This document shows, in pieces, positions 23,931 through 36,295 of a stretch of 64,000 bases of DNA. The notes below the pieces were generated by a model, which saw only the letters and a program-made list of their open reading frames with translations, searched no databases and was not told where the DNA came from. The position numbers were made by a program, and so were the translations under genes. The stretch is taken from NCBI GenBank assembly GCA_000004985.1, contig GG738893.1. One strand, given 5' to 3'. Source of the DNA: Naegleria gruberi (taxonomy: Eukaryota). Positions within the stretch are counted from its first letter, which is position 1. Each line of letters starts with the position of its first letter.

Positions 23931-24011
23931 TGCAGAAGGTGGGATTTGAACCCACGAAGCTTGCGCAGTAGAACTTGAGTCTACCCCCTTTGACCACTCG
24001 GGAACCCCTGC
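23931..24011 (-). tRNA. tRNA-Leu, anticodon CAA.
   Basis: Minus-strand cloverleaf with acceptor GCAGGGG/CTTCTGC (two G-U pairs) and D-arm CCCG..GGGG. The anticodon stem GTAGA/TCTAC carries loop CTCAAGT (anticodon CAA). A long variable arm is present. The T-arm is GTGGG-TTCAAAT-CCCAC and the discriminator is A. Confidence 0.85.
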
Positions 24012-24215
24012 TTACATTAACACTTTTAAAATCAATTTTATGTTGTTAAATCTCGCTGCAACAAAGGCAATTACTTTTAGGTTCGTGTTTGGTGAACGTA
24101 CCAATGATCTCATTGTTATAAATGGCTAATTTCCTTCATCTAATTGATAAGTTCATTACAATTTATGCGATTTGTGACATTAGATTAGATCTGTCTTTAC
24201 TCAACACTTAAAAAA

Positions 24216-25401
24216 ATGTTTAAACGTTATCTCTCTATCTTCCTTCTCTCACTGTTCATTCTCCACCTGTGCTATGCATGTAATCCACCTAAAATTGGTG
24301 GGTGTTATATTTTCCCTCCAAATGATGAATGGAATCGTGACATTTCCAATGATCCAATTGACTATATGAGTTCCTGTTATATCGCCAAATATTCAGGTAA
24401 TTTGAAGGCAGATTTTAGCGGACCATACTTTGATGGTACACAAACCGTAAGTGCAGGAATTCCTTATAATACTGTAAAGGGAAATTCTGTTAGTAAGGTT
24501 ACAATTAAATTTTCTGCTGATGGCGCTCCAGATGAATCAGATTTCACATCAGCACCAATTCCATTGAATAGTAAGATTGAAGGAGGTTCTGATAAGTAAG
24601 TAGTTCTTAATATTGGATTGATAATATCTTATCAATATTTAATTTGAAATAGACACGTGTTAGTTTTGGACACAGATAATTGTATTCTTTATGAAATGTT
24701 TGGATCTGTTGCAGGAAGTGATTCTTGGACATGTGGATCAAATGCAAAATTTGATTTAAATCAAAGAAATGCCAGTATGTTTCGTTATCCAAATGAATTA
24801 TCAGTTACCTCAGCAGATGCTGCTGGTTTACCAATTTTCCCTGGTTTGATGAAATATTCAGAAGTTGCTGCTGGTAATATCACTCATGCAGTTCGCTTCA
24901 CACTTCCAACTGCTCAAAGAGCTTACATTCCTCCAGCAAAACATTATGGTTCCAAAGGATGCCTCCTATCTTCCGTATGGAGCTAGATTCAGATTGAAAG
25001 CTTCATTTGATTTATCTTCATATACTGGTCAATCATTGGTTATTTTGAAGGCATTGAAAAAGTATGGAATGATTTTTGCGGATCAAGGTTCAAGTTATTT
25101 CATTAGTGGAGAACCAAATGATAAGTGGGATAGTGATGATTTGAATCAATTGAAAAAAGTTCCATCAACTGCATTCGAAATGGTGAGAAGAACTGGAAAG
25201 ATTGTTAGAGATTGGACCACTGCAACAGATTCCTGTAATGGACAGTCAACTGAATTGATTTATACTCCCAATTACGTTTGTAGTGGAAATTATACTAATG
25301 TAAATAATGGAAAATCAGTTTCTGGAGCTAGCCATCTTTCAATTACTCATATTATTTCATTATTGATTATTGTTGCTGTTGCTGTTGGTTTAATTATGTA
25401 A
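24216..25401 (+). CDS. Secreted, probably GPI-anchored protein of unknown family. Structure is exon 24216..24595, a 57-nt intron 24596..24652, and a second exon with an apparent frameshift near 24950-24965.
   Basis: Signal peptide MFKRYLSIFLLSLFILHLCYA. A GTAAGT donor lies at 24596 and the acceptor is TAG at 24650-24652, keeping the frame. The reading frame moves from 24657..24986 to 24865..25401 with no intron signals; an extra G in AAAGGATGCC is suspected. The C-terminal hydrophobic tail LLIIVAVAVGLIM follows a small-residue omega-like region. Confidence 0.5.
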
Positions 25402-25443
25402 CAATAAATATTTAAATGAATTAAAAAAAACTTGGTTTAATAT

Positions 25444-26893
25444 TTACATTTTAGAGACTGGTTCAAGTTGTAAAGTGGTATTTTCCAAAACAGTATTATC
25501 AGCAATAATAGACTTGCTCTTTGCTATCAGTGTAACCTTTCCTTTGAGAACAACGTTCTTTCCAAAAACAACATGACCACGGACATCGAGTTCAGTAAGT
25601 TCCTTAATATCTGGTACACCATTGCTAAAGTTTGAAAGATAGTCTCCAACCTTCTTATAATAACTATCATCAAGATTAATAATTGGAGCTTCTTCAGTGC
25701 TAGACTTTTCCAAGCAATAACCCTCAGAGAGATTATATAAATTAGATTGGACTAACATGAGATCAGAACATTTCTTAACAGGTAAGAAACGAGATCTAGG
25801 GACTTCAATACCGAGTGACTTATTGAAAACTTGAATAGCAGCACCAGCAGCTGTTTCCAATTGAATAATCTTGACACCATCCACTTCCTTCTCGTTATTA
25901 ATAATTTCAACCTTTCTCTTTAATTCTTCCAATTGAGTTTCAATGGATGGAAGACGAATCCATAAATTGTTGGTATTGAAAATCTTGAACTTTTCGATTG
26001 ATTCAAAATCTTTAACGTGGTGTTTTGGAACTTGAGCAAGTTCTAATAATTTAACAGCCTTTCCATCATAATTGATCAAAGTACCTCCTTTAACGTCAGC
26101 CATAGTTTTCTTAGTGACCTCCATACAAAAATCGACTTGATTTTCAGTGAGATACTTCAAAACTCTAAGATCAACTGTAGCACCTAAATTGTCAATATTA
26201 GAAAGGAAAATATATTCTTTTCCTTCTTGTTTGAATTGATTATATAATGGTGATTGGAAGAATGAGCTATAAAAGTCACCGTGACCTGGTGGATACCAAG
26301 CTTCCTTATTGGAATCACTTGGAATATCAGATGGTAATGGAAGTAGTGATTCCTTGATAATTCTTGGAAATTGATTTTGTTCGAAACATTCAATTCTAAC
26401 TTTAACATTGGCATACTTTGGGGCAGTGATAATCTTCTTTGAATCTTCTGAAGTATTGAATGAATTCATTAAAACCAAAGGAACGTCAACGTTGTATTTG
26501 CTGTTCAAAAACTGAAAAGTTTAGAAATAGGCAAAATTAAATACTTACTTGAATTTGTTTGATAGTGAGATCGAGGAAAGTATCTTCCTCTCGGACTTGA
26601 ATGACTGATTTTGGACCAGTGCAACCCATGGTAGTTCCCAAACCACCATTTAATTTAATAACAATTAATTTAGATAAAAGTGATTGAATTGCTTCATCGG
26701 AAGTGTCGTCAGCGAGTGAATCGTATGGTTTGACGTCTTCCTCAGAAGGTGTTCTAATCTTTTCCCAATCGATTTGTGATTGATCCTTTTCATTGACAAA
26801 TCTATTGAACAAGATTAAAAAGTCTTGCATTTGTTGAGCAAAGTGTTCCTTTCCGTTAGACTTTTCAATAAGTTGTTGTACAGCTTGTTCCAT
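25444..26893 (-). CDS. UGP: UTP--glucose-1-phosphate uridylyltransferase (UDP-glucose pyrophosphorylase). Two exons, 26893..26549 and 26511..25444, with a 37-nt intron 26512..26548.
   Basis: LNGGLGTTMGCTGPKS nucleotide-binding loop and VPLVLMNSFNT are present. The C-terminal left-handed beta-helix region ...VRGHVVFGKNVVLKGKVTLIA is present. The intron is GTAAGTATTTAATTTTGCCTATTTCTAAACTTTTCAG, and the junction restores ...KQIQ|FLNSKYNVDVPLVLMNSF. Confidence 0.9.
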
Positions 26894-27713
26894 TTTACTA
26901 TTGGTAAGTTGATGATGATTTGGTGACGATGTATTTTGCGGATTAGTTAGTAGTGATGATGTGTGGCTTGCCAAATAATACAAGAATATTACTGGTTGTT
27001 GTTTTTGTCTGTTTGTTTATCGTTGATTTTTTTGTGTTGTGTTTTTTAGGCTTTGAAAATTTACTTGCCAACAAAAGCTTGCCAGGGAATTTTCGGTTGG
27101 AATTTTGAAGGCCGAAGTAGAAAATCAAGGCGAATCTTCAAAACTGACCTAAAAAGTGCCCATGAGTTGTAAACCAAGAATGAGTCATAATCTGAATGGT
27201 CAATAGCATTTAAAAAGGTTTGTTTATTAATATTTATATTTTAAAGAACCAAGATGGACAATTGAGGTTTTGGAAATTGATGTTATTTGGGAAGATATTT
27301 TCTATGAATATTTAGGGAAAATTTACAATATGAAAAGATGCGGCATCTTTGAATAATATGTATTACAATATTGTTGGGATAGGAGTATGATGAGAACCAA
27401 TGACAAGATCAATTGTATTTCCTCATTTTTAAAATTGTGAACGATTTATTGAAAGAAATAGATCTATCTACTCATTATTCATTTTAACAACTGTGAATCA
27501 AAGGCAGTTATGGGATACTGCGCAGAAAAAATAAGAGAATGAAATGACAAAACAGGCTTAAGGGAAACATGAATAAATTCTCTTGAATTAGGATCTATGA
27601 GGGTATTAAGATTAATACAGAACTCCCCTACAACTATTCACTATTTACGAAATAAATAATCAAAAAAATTTTACCTTCATTTTTTTAAAATTAAAATTTT
27701 TTGAATTAAAAAA

Positions 27714-29043
27714 ATGCATAAACTTATCCACTCTAATACTCGCTTGCTGAAGGCTGTTTCCTCTCAACAATGTGCCTTCTCTACATCCGTTTTGCGATTC
27801 CAAAAGGCTGTTGAAGGTTCCGTTCCAACCAAGCCAGTCCAAACACCAAGCACTAGTGAAGAATTAGTCAAGGATATTTTGAATAATAACGCTGTAGGAA
27901 AAATTGCTGAAGCTGTTGAATCCTACGAAAAACTCAAGAAGATGAATAAGAATATTGAATTGAAAACTTTGAACACTATTTTGAGTTCGTTCGCTTCTAA
28001 AAATCTTCTTTTCAAATGGTTTAAACCATACAAAGATTATGTGGATATGTATGTTGAAGCTGGTAAATTCAGACCAAAGGAAGTACGTATTTAAATATTA
28101 TTCCGAAATTCTAAAACAACACAACAACAAAATATAGAGATTAGAGGAAGCTAAGAGAGTTTTTGATGATATTTACAAGTACCACCAACAACCTGATATT
28201 GTCTCTTATAATGCTTTGATGAAGGTACAACTTTCTACGGATGACGTTTTGAATGTTTTTGATACTTTCAATCAATTACAATCTTCTGGAGTTACTCAAT
28301 CACCATTATACAGAGAACAATTGTTGACCACATTCGGTACACTTTTGAGAGCTTGTTCTATGCTTGAACAAACACAATTAGCTGAAGAAATTTACTTCTT
28401 TGCTCTCCAAGAACTCATCAAGGATAGATTGGCAACATCACACGAAAAGCCATGGAAATTATCTGATAGTGTTTCATATTTAACATTGTGTAATACTATG
28501 TTGGATGTTTATGCTGAAGCTCGTGATCCATTTGCTTTCAACTTTTTCGATCAAATGGTTGCTAATTCTTCAGCAGCTCACTACTCGAATCAAAACATTG
28601 AAAAATCTCGTTATAAGAGATCACCAAAGTTGTTGGGTTCTCTCAATGGAATTACATTCAATACTTATGCTAAGGCTTGTTTATTTTTGGATCAAAGAAT
28701 TAGACTTGTTGAAATGGCTGAAAGAATGAGAGTTGAAGGTGTTCTTCAATCTGAATTGAGTCAACCTGTTAGACTTGAAATTAAGCATGCCCTTGAAACT
28801 TATACTGAACAATTCCACAAACAACATAGATCTGAATTATTACCAGAAGGTCCACACGATTTGATTGCTTCTGATCTTTTCTACGATTTGAGAGATTTCC
28901 TCATTATTGATCCAGATGAAGAAGATAATGCTGCTTGGGGTAGAGAAGTTGATACTCGTGACTTTAAGTTTATGAAATTCTTGAAGCCAACTCAAGATTT
29001 GTACAAGATTGATTTAGGTGATTCTTTCAAAGAACGTAAATAA
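27714..29043 (+). CDS. PPR/TPR-like helical repeat protein with an N-terminal mitochondrial presequence. Two exons, 27714..28082 and 28138..29043, with a 55-nt intron 28083..28137.
   Basis: The N-terminus MHKLIHSNTRLLKAVSSQQCAFSTSVLRF resembles a mitochondrial targeting sequence. The donor is GTACGT at 28083 and the acceptor is TATAG at 28133-28137. The junction gives ...FRPKE|RLEEAKRVFDDIYKYHQQPDIVSYNALMK, a PPR-type xxVSYNALM motif. Confidence 0.55.
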
Positions 29044-29252
29044 ATAAGAGATATTAAGTCATTCACCCACATTCATGTGGTATGGGCCTGACATTTCTTT
29101 ACTGGAACCAAATTGTCACAACCAAAATAATAGATTTGATTAGTTGTTGTGTTAATGTGTCAATTTTATTCCTTTCCTCGTCACATAAAAATACGCTGTC
29201 TAATCCCTCTCGTCCATCTGTCATCAGTTATTTATTATTTCATTAAATAAAA

Positions 29253-32200
29253 ATGAGGTTCTTTAATCGTGGTGGAAAGAAGGACGATAAAAACAAGAAC
29301 AACGGTTCTACAACCACAACACCAGATAATAGCAGTGGTACCACTACTACAAATGGAGGTCGTTCTGGTTCTACCACTCAAACACCTCCAATTTCAACTG
29401 GAATACAAGATTCAACAGTGAGTGGTAGTCCTACTTCAATGACTCCAACCTCCACTGGTATGATGAATATGAATAATGGTTCTAGTTGGTTCTGGTTCTT
29501 CTTCTTCAAATGGTGGAGAAAATTCACCAGCTACAGTAGCAGTAGTAGAAGGCTCTGGTGTCAATGTAAAATCACTCATCACCAAGACCTTGACCTCTCT
29601 ACAGGAAATTTGGGATATTCACGGAGAGTTTTTGACTGTAACAGCAGATGAAGAAGATACTAAACAAAAACTTTCAAAATTGACAAAATCAGAAATTAGA
29701 AAACACATTGATTTATTAATTGGTAAGAGAGAAGAGTGGAGTTCTGAGAGTGATGAAGCTTTTGCCTATCGATACAATATTAGAAAGGCTCACGTTATGA
29801 GTGAAAACAAATCTATAGAAAGAGGTGATTTACTTCCACCTGTTTATTTAACCTCTGATACTACTTTTGATCCGAGTATTAAATTCTTTTGTAAAGTAAA
29901 TTTAGTTGGAGGTAAGTTTAGAATATTTAGATTAGTTTATATTCATGAATGATTTATATCAATACTATATATTGTATTATAATAACAATACTATTATTTG
30001 ACTACTGATGGTTGAATGAACTTGTTTGATGCTTGTCTTGTTGACATTATCTCCCATTCATTGAACATCTCGGCTCACCTCATCAAATCATTAATTGGTT
30101 TACATTCGTATATATATATTTAATTGTAACATTTTATACATTCTCTCATCGAATTTCTTATTCGACTATTCATAATAATATAATAACAATAACAACAACA
30201 ACATTAACTGTCTATATAACTTTTATGTAGACAATTTCCAAAGAATGGTTGATTGTGAACCATATTCCTCTGCTGACGATTTTGCCGAGTTGTTTATTAA
30301 CAAGATTAACAAGTCACATCTCTTGAATAGAAGAAAGGAAGACGTAAGTAAATTATAACTGCAATTCTCTCTGAACATCATCATTACTAATAACAACAAC
30401 AATATCATCAATAATATTATCATCAAATTTCATAGTGGATTTTTAAAGCTACTGGTACATCTGAATATATTTATGGTAATCAAAGAATGATTGATTTTGA
30501 AGTGATTAGAAGATGTTTGAAACGTGGTATTAATCGTGTCCAACTAAACCTCATGGACAAGGAAACTGTCTTGAAAGAATTGGATCCATATGATATGAAT
30601 TTGAGGACAACTGAATATGATTTTGATTTTAAGAGAACTCCAAGATATTCCATGGATGATCATGAAAGATTCAAAAAGATTCAAAAAGATATTAGAGGAA
30701 ACAAGAAGCACATCTTTTTGCATTACAATAGATTCAAAGGAGTGCAAACATATAGTAGTTATACAGAAGATGAATTTTCTAAAAACAGCTCTTCAACAAT
30801 TTTGGATGACGATGAATGGATTAGTAAGATTGATCAAACTGATAATAATCACAATTTGACACAAGCAAATCTCACAATGAGAGATTCTTTATTCAGGACT
30901 GAAGAATTAATTAGAGATAAGAAGGCATTCACATTGTGGGATATTCATCGTCCATTCCGTCTTAAAATTGTTGGACTTGATAATATTCCACTCTCAGAAG
31001 ATAGAGCTATTTACATTACTGCTCAAGTTTTTTTAGGTGGAATGCCGTTGACAAATTGTCGTATTACAAAGTGTGTAATCCAAAATAGAAATCCACGCTT
31101 TAATCAATATATTACCTTCCCTGAATTGTACATTTCTGAACTCCCTCGAGAAGCTAAAATTTGCATTACAGCTTTTAGCAAACCATACGTCCAAAATGAT
31201 CCACACTTAATTGTATCAAATAGATCACCAACCATTCAAGATATGACAAAACTTGCTAGTAGTACCATCAAGAAGGGTGTTATTACTGGTAATGAAACAC
31301 TCCAAATTAATACAGCAAATACTCAACTTCAACTAGGAACATCTCCATCAATGATTTCAAATCCAACTGAAATTATTGATATTGATCAATCTTCAGCTGC
31401 TTCTTCCAGTTTCTTGAACGGAGATGAAGAAGATATTCTCGAACATGAACAAGAACAAGGAGAAGGTGGTAAAAAATCCAAGAAGGATAAGACAAATGTT
31501 CCTGTAGCTGGTATGAATTTCCAATTATTCAACTTTTGTGGAACTCTCAAACAAGGTGTTTATTGTCTCAAAGTGGAACCAAATAGAGAAGCCAAACCAA
31601 TCATGACAAGTGGTGAATCTAAGGATAGCAAGATTTCAATGACTTTCAGTTTGGACGAATATCTGTTACCTATTGTTTATCCTGATGATGAAGATAGTTT
31701 CTCTTCTATAGTCACTACAGATCAAACTAATACTTCTTTCTCTGACACTCTCAACAGTCTTAAACAAACAAAGGACCAATTGACAAGATCACTTTCAACA
31801 ACTGAAGGTGGAATGTCATTCAATCCTCTTACTCAACCAAGAAAAACTCAAATTCAAAACACAGGAGAACAATCAAAACCAGTTGCTCCAAATAGATTCA
31901 AGAAGCATTTACCAGAAATATTTATCAAGAGATTTGAAGAATATGTTGCCAAGAAGAATAGTGAAAGTTTACCTCCAGGTATTGCTGAAAAGAAATTAGA
32001 AAAAGTTTTGAATTATGATCCACTCAAGACACTCAACTCTGAAGAACGTTGGTTGTGTTTCCTCAATAGAGACAAACTTATTGCCAAACCAAAGGCTCTC
32101 TCCAAGTTCTTGCTTTCTGTACCTTGGAAGTTCCCTGAAGCAAGATTGATTGCCAAGGAATATTTGGCCAAGTGGAATGCTATTGAACCAATAGATGCAT

Positions 32201-33591
32201 TGGAATTGTTGGATCACAACTTTGGAGCCAGTTTTATTAGAGAATATTCGATAGGACGACTTAACCAACTCTCAGATCAACAACTTTGTAACTATCTTCT
32301 TCAATTGGTTCAAACCTTGAAATATGAAAGTTATCATGACTCTTCACTTGCTAGATTCTTACTCCAACGTGGTTTGAGATCACCAAATATTATTGGTCAC
32401 ATTCTCTTTTGGCATTTGAAGGCAGAAATGTATGTACCATCTATTAGAGAAAGACACGGTTTGATTTTGGAAGAATATTTGAGAAATTGTGGCTCTCACC
32501 GTATCGCCCTGTTGCAACAAACAGGTGTACTTCATCAATTGAATGTAATTGCTGAGGGTGTTAAAATAATAGATAAGGAAGAATGTAAAGAATATGTTAA
32601 GACATGTTTAGCAGAACTTAAACATCCACCAAAATTCAAATTGCCACTCTCACCTCGTATGGAAGTTAAGGGAATTGAAGTTGATAGATGTCGTGTCATG
32701 AGCAGTAAGAAGAAACCTCTTTGGTTGGTATTCCAAAATGCAGATGCAACTGGTGACCCAATTCAAGTCATGTTCAAGGCAGGTGACGATCTGAGACAGG
32801 ATTTGCTGACACTTCAAATTCTTTCTATTATGGATCAATTGTGGAAGAAGAAAGGTCTGGATCTTCACATGAACCCATATGGTTGTATTTGTACAGGAGA
32901 TCAACAAGGTTTTATTGAAATTGTCGTTGACAGTGACACTGTTGCTAATATTACTGCTGGTGATACAGGAGGTATTTCAGGAGGTATTAAGGCTTTTACA
33001 AGTGCACCTCTTGAAATTTGGTTGTTAAAGAATAATGGTGGAGTTATTACTTCACCAGATTATGAGAAAGCTGTACAAAACTTTGCATTATCATGTGCTG
33101 GATACTGTGCTGCCACATATGTTTTAGGTATTGGTGATAGACACAATGATAATATTATGTTAACTAGAAAAGGTGATTTATTCCACATTGACTTTGGTCA
33201 CTTCCTTGGTAACTTTAAATCCTATAAGGGTATTTATAAGAGAGAAACTACACCATTCGTTTTTACTCCAATGTATGCCCAAGTTATGAAATCTTTTGAT
33301 TCTGAAAATAAGGGAAAATGTTATTATTCCACTTTTGAAGAGAAGGTTATAGCTGCTTATCAAATTTTGAGAGAAAATGGACATCTGATAATGAATCTTT
33401 TCCTTCTCATGTTGGCTACTGGTATTCCAGAATTAACTTCAGTTTCTGATATCAAATGGCTGCGTGATTGTTTGGTTCTTGATAAGTCACCAGAAGAGGC
33501 TGAACAACACTTTAGAGATAAGATTACAAAGGCTCTTGCAAACACAAAATCCCAATTCAACGACTTTGTCCACATTGTAAAACATAAATAA
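29253..33591 (+). CDS. Phosphatidylinositol 3-kinase, class I-like catalytic subunit, multi-exon. There is an S/T-rich N-terminal extension and an apparent frameshift near 29484. Exons end at about 29918 and 30342; the main exon is about 30434..33591.
   Basis: The catalytic domain has GDRHNDNIMLTRKGDLFHIDFGHFLGNFK (catalytic and activation loops) and GDDLRQDLLTLQ upstream. A helical PIK domain and a C2-like region lie upstream. An N-terminal Ras-binding-like region spans two upstream exons: GTAAGT at 29919 and ATGTAG at 30228, then GTAAGT at 30343 and TTCATAG at 30433. The frame switches inside a GGTTCT-repeat at about 29480. Confidence 0.85.
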
Positions 33592-33674
33592 ATATAACCA
33601 TTTAAATGTTATGTTCTCAGCCACAAAACTCCCACCAAGTTGTCTCAAACTATTCGTTAACATATTCAAAAAAA

Positions 33675-36171
33675 ATGTCAAGATACTCAACACAACCTAC
33701 CATGCAACGTGGTGCTTCATCTAATAAGGTTGAGGATTTTGAAGATATGTTAGACATGGATCCTTATGATTTGGACGAGAATGTTAAATCACTTCTCGTT
33801 GCCGAAAAACTTGAGGAACAATATCAACGTAAGTTTTCGAAGGCTTGATAGTATTTATTTTAACTGACAATTTCTTCTTCATCAAATAGATTCATTTCAA
33901 AACATTGCTCAAATGAGACAAGCTATTGAGGAGGAGGATAGGAAACGGGAGAAAGTAGTGCAAAGGCAAAAGGAGCCAGAGCCGGAAAAGTATTATGATA
34001 GTGAGGGTGATGACGAATTAGAAATAATGGAGAGTGATGATCATGTTACAAAGTAAGTTGAATTACATTAATTATTAATTAATGTTACAAGTCAATTGGA
34101 GTTTACATTAGATGATATACCATTTCCTGCAAATCAAGATAATATTCCTATTCATGAAAGATTACTAAATTTCGGATCAAGCCTTTCATTAAAACATCAG
34201 TTGATGAAAAAAGCTAAGGATGAGAAGGAAAGTGAAACACAAACACCACACATTACTGAATTTGCAAAGCAAATGAAAAGAAAAGGAGCTATTGAGAATA
34301 GATTGCTTCAATCTAGGGATGAACTGAATGCAAGACTTGATGAATTGAGAATGGAAAAAGAGAAAAAAGAACTAGAGGAGCTACGAGGTCCAAAGATCAA
34401 TAAGAGATCTAAAGAATTGAAAAGAGATGAACCAGCATACGATAGGTTACTAGGATACAGAGAACAAACTCTTGCTAAAAGAGAAATGATAAAGAATCTA
34501 CTCGAAGAAAAGAAACAACAGGAAATAACAATGAAACCACAAATTAACAAAAAGTCTCAAAAGTTGAGAAGAGATATTGATGCTATTCAACAATGGGAAA
34601 AGGAGAAAAATCTGAAAACAGAACAATTGAGAAATGAAATCAAGAAACAAGAAATCGAGCAATTGCAACAGCCGAAAATTAATCCAATCAGTGAAAAATT
34701 AGCAGCACAAATGGACAGGGGTCAAGATGTAGGAGATTATTTGATACAAAGATATGAGAAAAAGAAAATGGAAAGAGAAATTAGGAATAAGATTGAAAAA
34801 GAAAAGGAAACAAAAGAAGCTAAACCTCATATTTCAGTCCATTCTGCAAATTTGGAAAGACAGGGGGTTGTGTTTGATAGATTATATATTGACAGTTTAG
34901 AAAAGGAAAATAAGAGAAGAGAAATGTTGGAGCAAATAGAAAACAAGATTAATAATAATATTGATCCTCAAACAGGAACACCTCTTTACAATCCTATCAT
35001 TAATGCTAGATCTGCTTTAATGGCTAGAAGAGAACCTGTAGAAGATGTGTTGTTAAAAAAACGAGAAGAAGCAGAAAGAAAGAAGATGGCTTTAGCAGAT
35101 AGGGAAAAGAAAGAATTAGAAGCTCAAGGAGGGAAAGTTGGAGCCTACAGCCGTCTTTTAGTTGAAATACTAGAAAAGAGAACCAACACAAATACTATGG
35201 ATCGTCTTACCAGAGTTCCAAAGAAGCCAGAACCTACTGTCATAACTCAAACATATTCTTTTAAACCAGCTATTAATCAAAATTCAAGAGAAATAGACAA
35301 ATATAGAAATCAAGGTACTCCTCGTCAAGAAGTGTTATTAAGGAAAGGATATGAATACGAGCAGCACAAGAAAGAAATTGAGCAAAGGATCAAGGAAGTT
35401 GAAATGTCTCATTCACCAAAAAAGAAGCCTAAAACTCCTAATGGACATTCTCTAGCAGATAGATCATTAGATTGGGCAAAAAGAAAAGATTTAAAGCTCG
35501 AATCTGAACGAAAAATGAGAGAAGCAAAAGAATCTGAAGAATGCACCTTCAAACCCAATGTAAAACGACTTGATGTCAGTAACATTGCACCTTGTGAATC
35601 TCATTTCAGGACAAAGGAGGAGGAAAATAGTTATCTCATTGCAATGAAAAAGCAGGAGAGTGTAAAGAAGCTCAATAATTCCAAGACAGAAGATATAAAA
35701 CCCAAAGGGGGTTATTCACAGAATAAGAAGGATCCAGTGCCAAAGTCAATCAGACCAAAGAGCAGAGGGTCAGTGGATTTAAGAACCTCAACCAAATCAG
35801 TCAACCCTATTTCAAATCAACACCCTATTAACACTGATATTGATCGTAGGACACAGAATACAAGATATGATGAAATGGAGGATAGTGAAATTATGGACAA
35901 TGAAAACATCTATGACGAAGAAGAAGTGGATCCTGAAATGGAATTTGAACAGTTGAGGAGACTTGTTCAACATGATAAATCCACTACTCAAGGATATTCA
36001 AATAATTTCAAAAACTCTCCACCTTTAAATATTTCAGATTTATTAGATTCTGAAAAAACCATGAATGAGCTGTATAGGTTATCAAATGAGCTTGATTATG
36101 ATGATATGAATAGGATGACCCCAGAAGCTTATGATCTTATCACGAACATGATTAGAAACTCTAGAAAATAA
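33675..36171 (+). CDS. K/E-rich coiled-coil protein with repeated F-K-P-x-I-N-x-x-S-x-x-L motifs. Three exons: about 33675..33827, 33890..34053, 34092..36171.
   Basis: Introns carry GTAAGT donors at 33828 and 34054, with acceptors AAATAG at about 33889 and TTACAAG at about 34091. Motif copies: GPKINKRSKELKRD, KPQINKKSQKLRRD, QPKINPISEKLAAQ, KPHISVHSANLERQ, SFKPAINQNSREID and TFKPNVKRLD. Confidence 0.5.
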
Positions 36172-36295
36172 AGTGTATTTTAGCTAGGAATCAATTTGCG
36201 CGCCAATTCAAATTACAAAAAAAAATAGGTATATGTCTACTGAACAAAACGGTATGTACTGGTTTTCATCATCATTCTCAATTTAATAACAAGCC

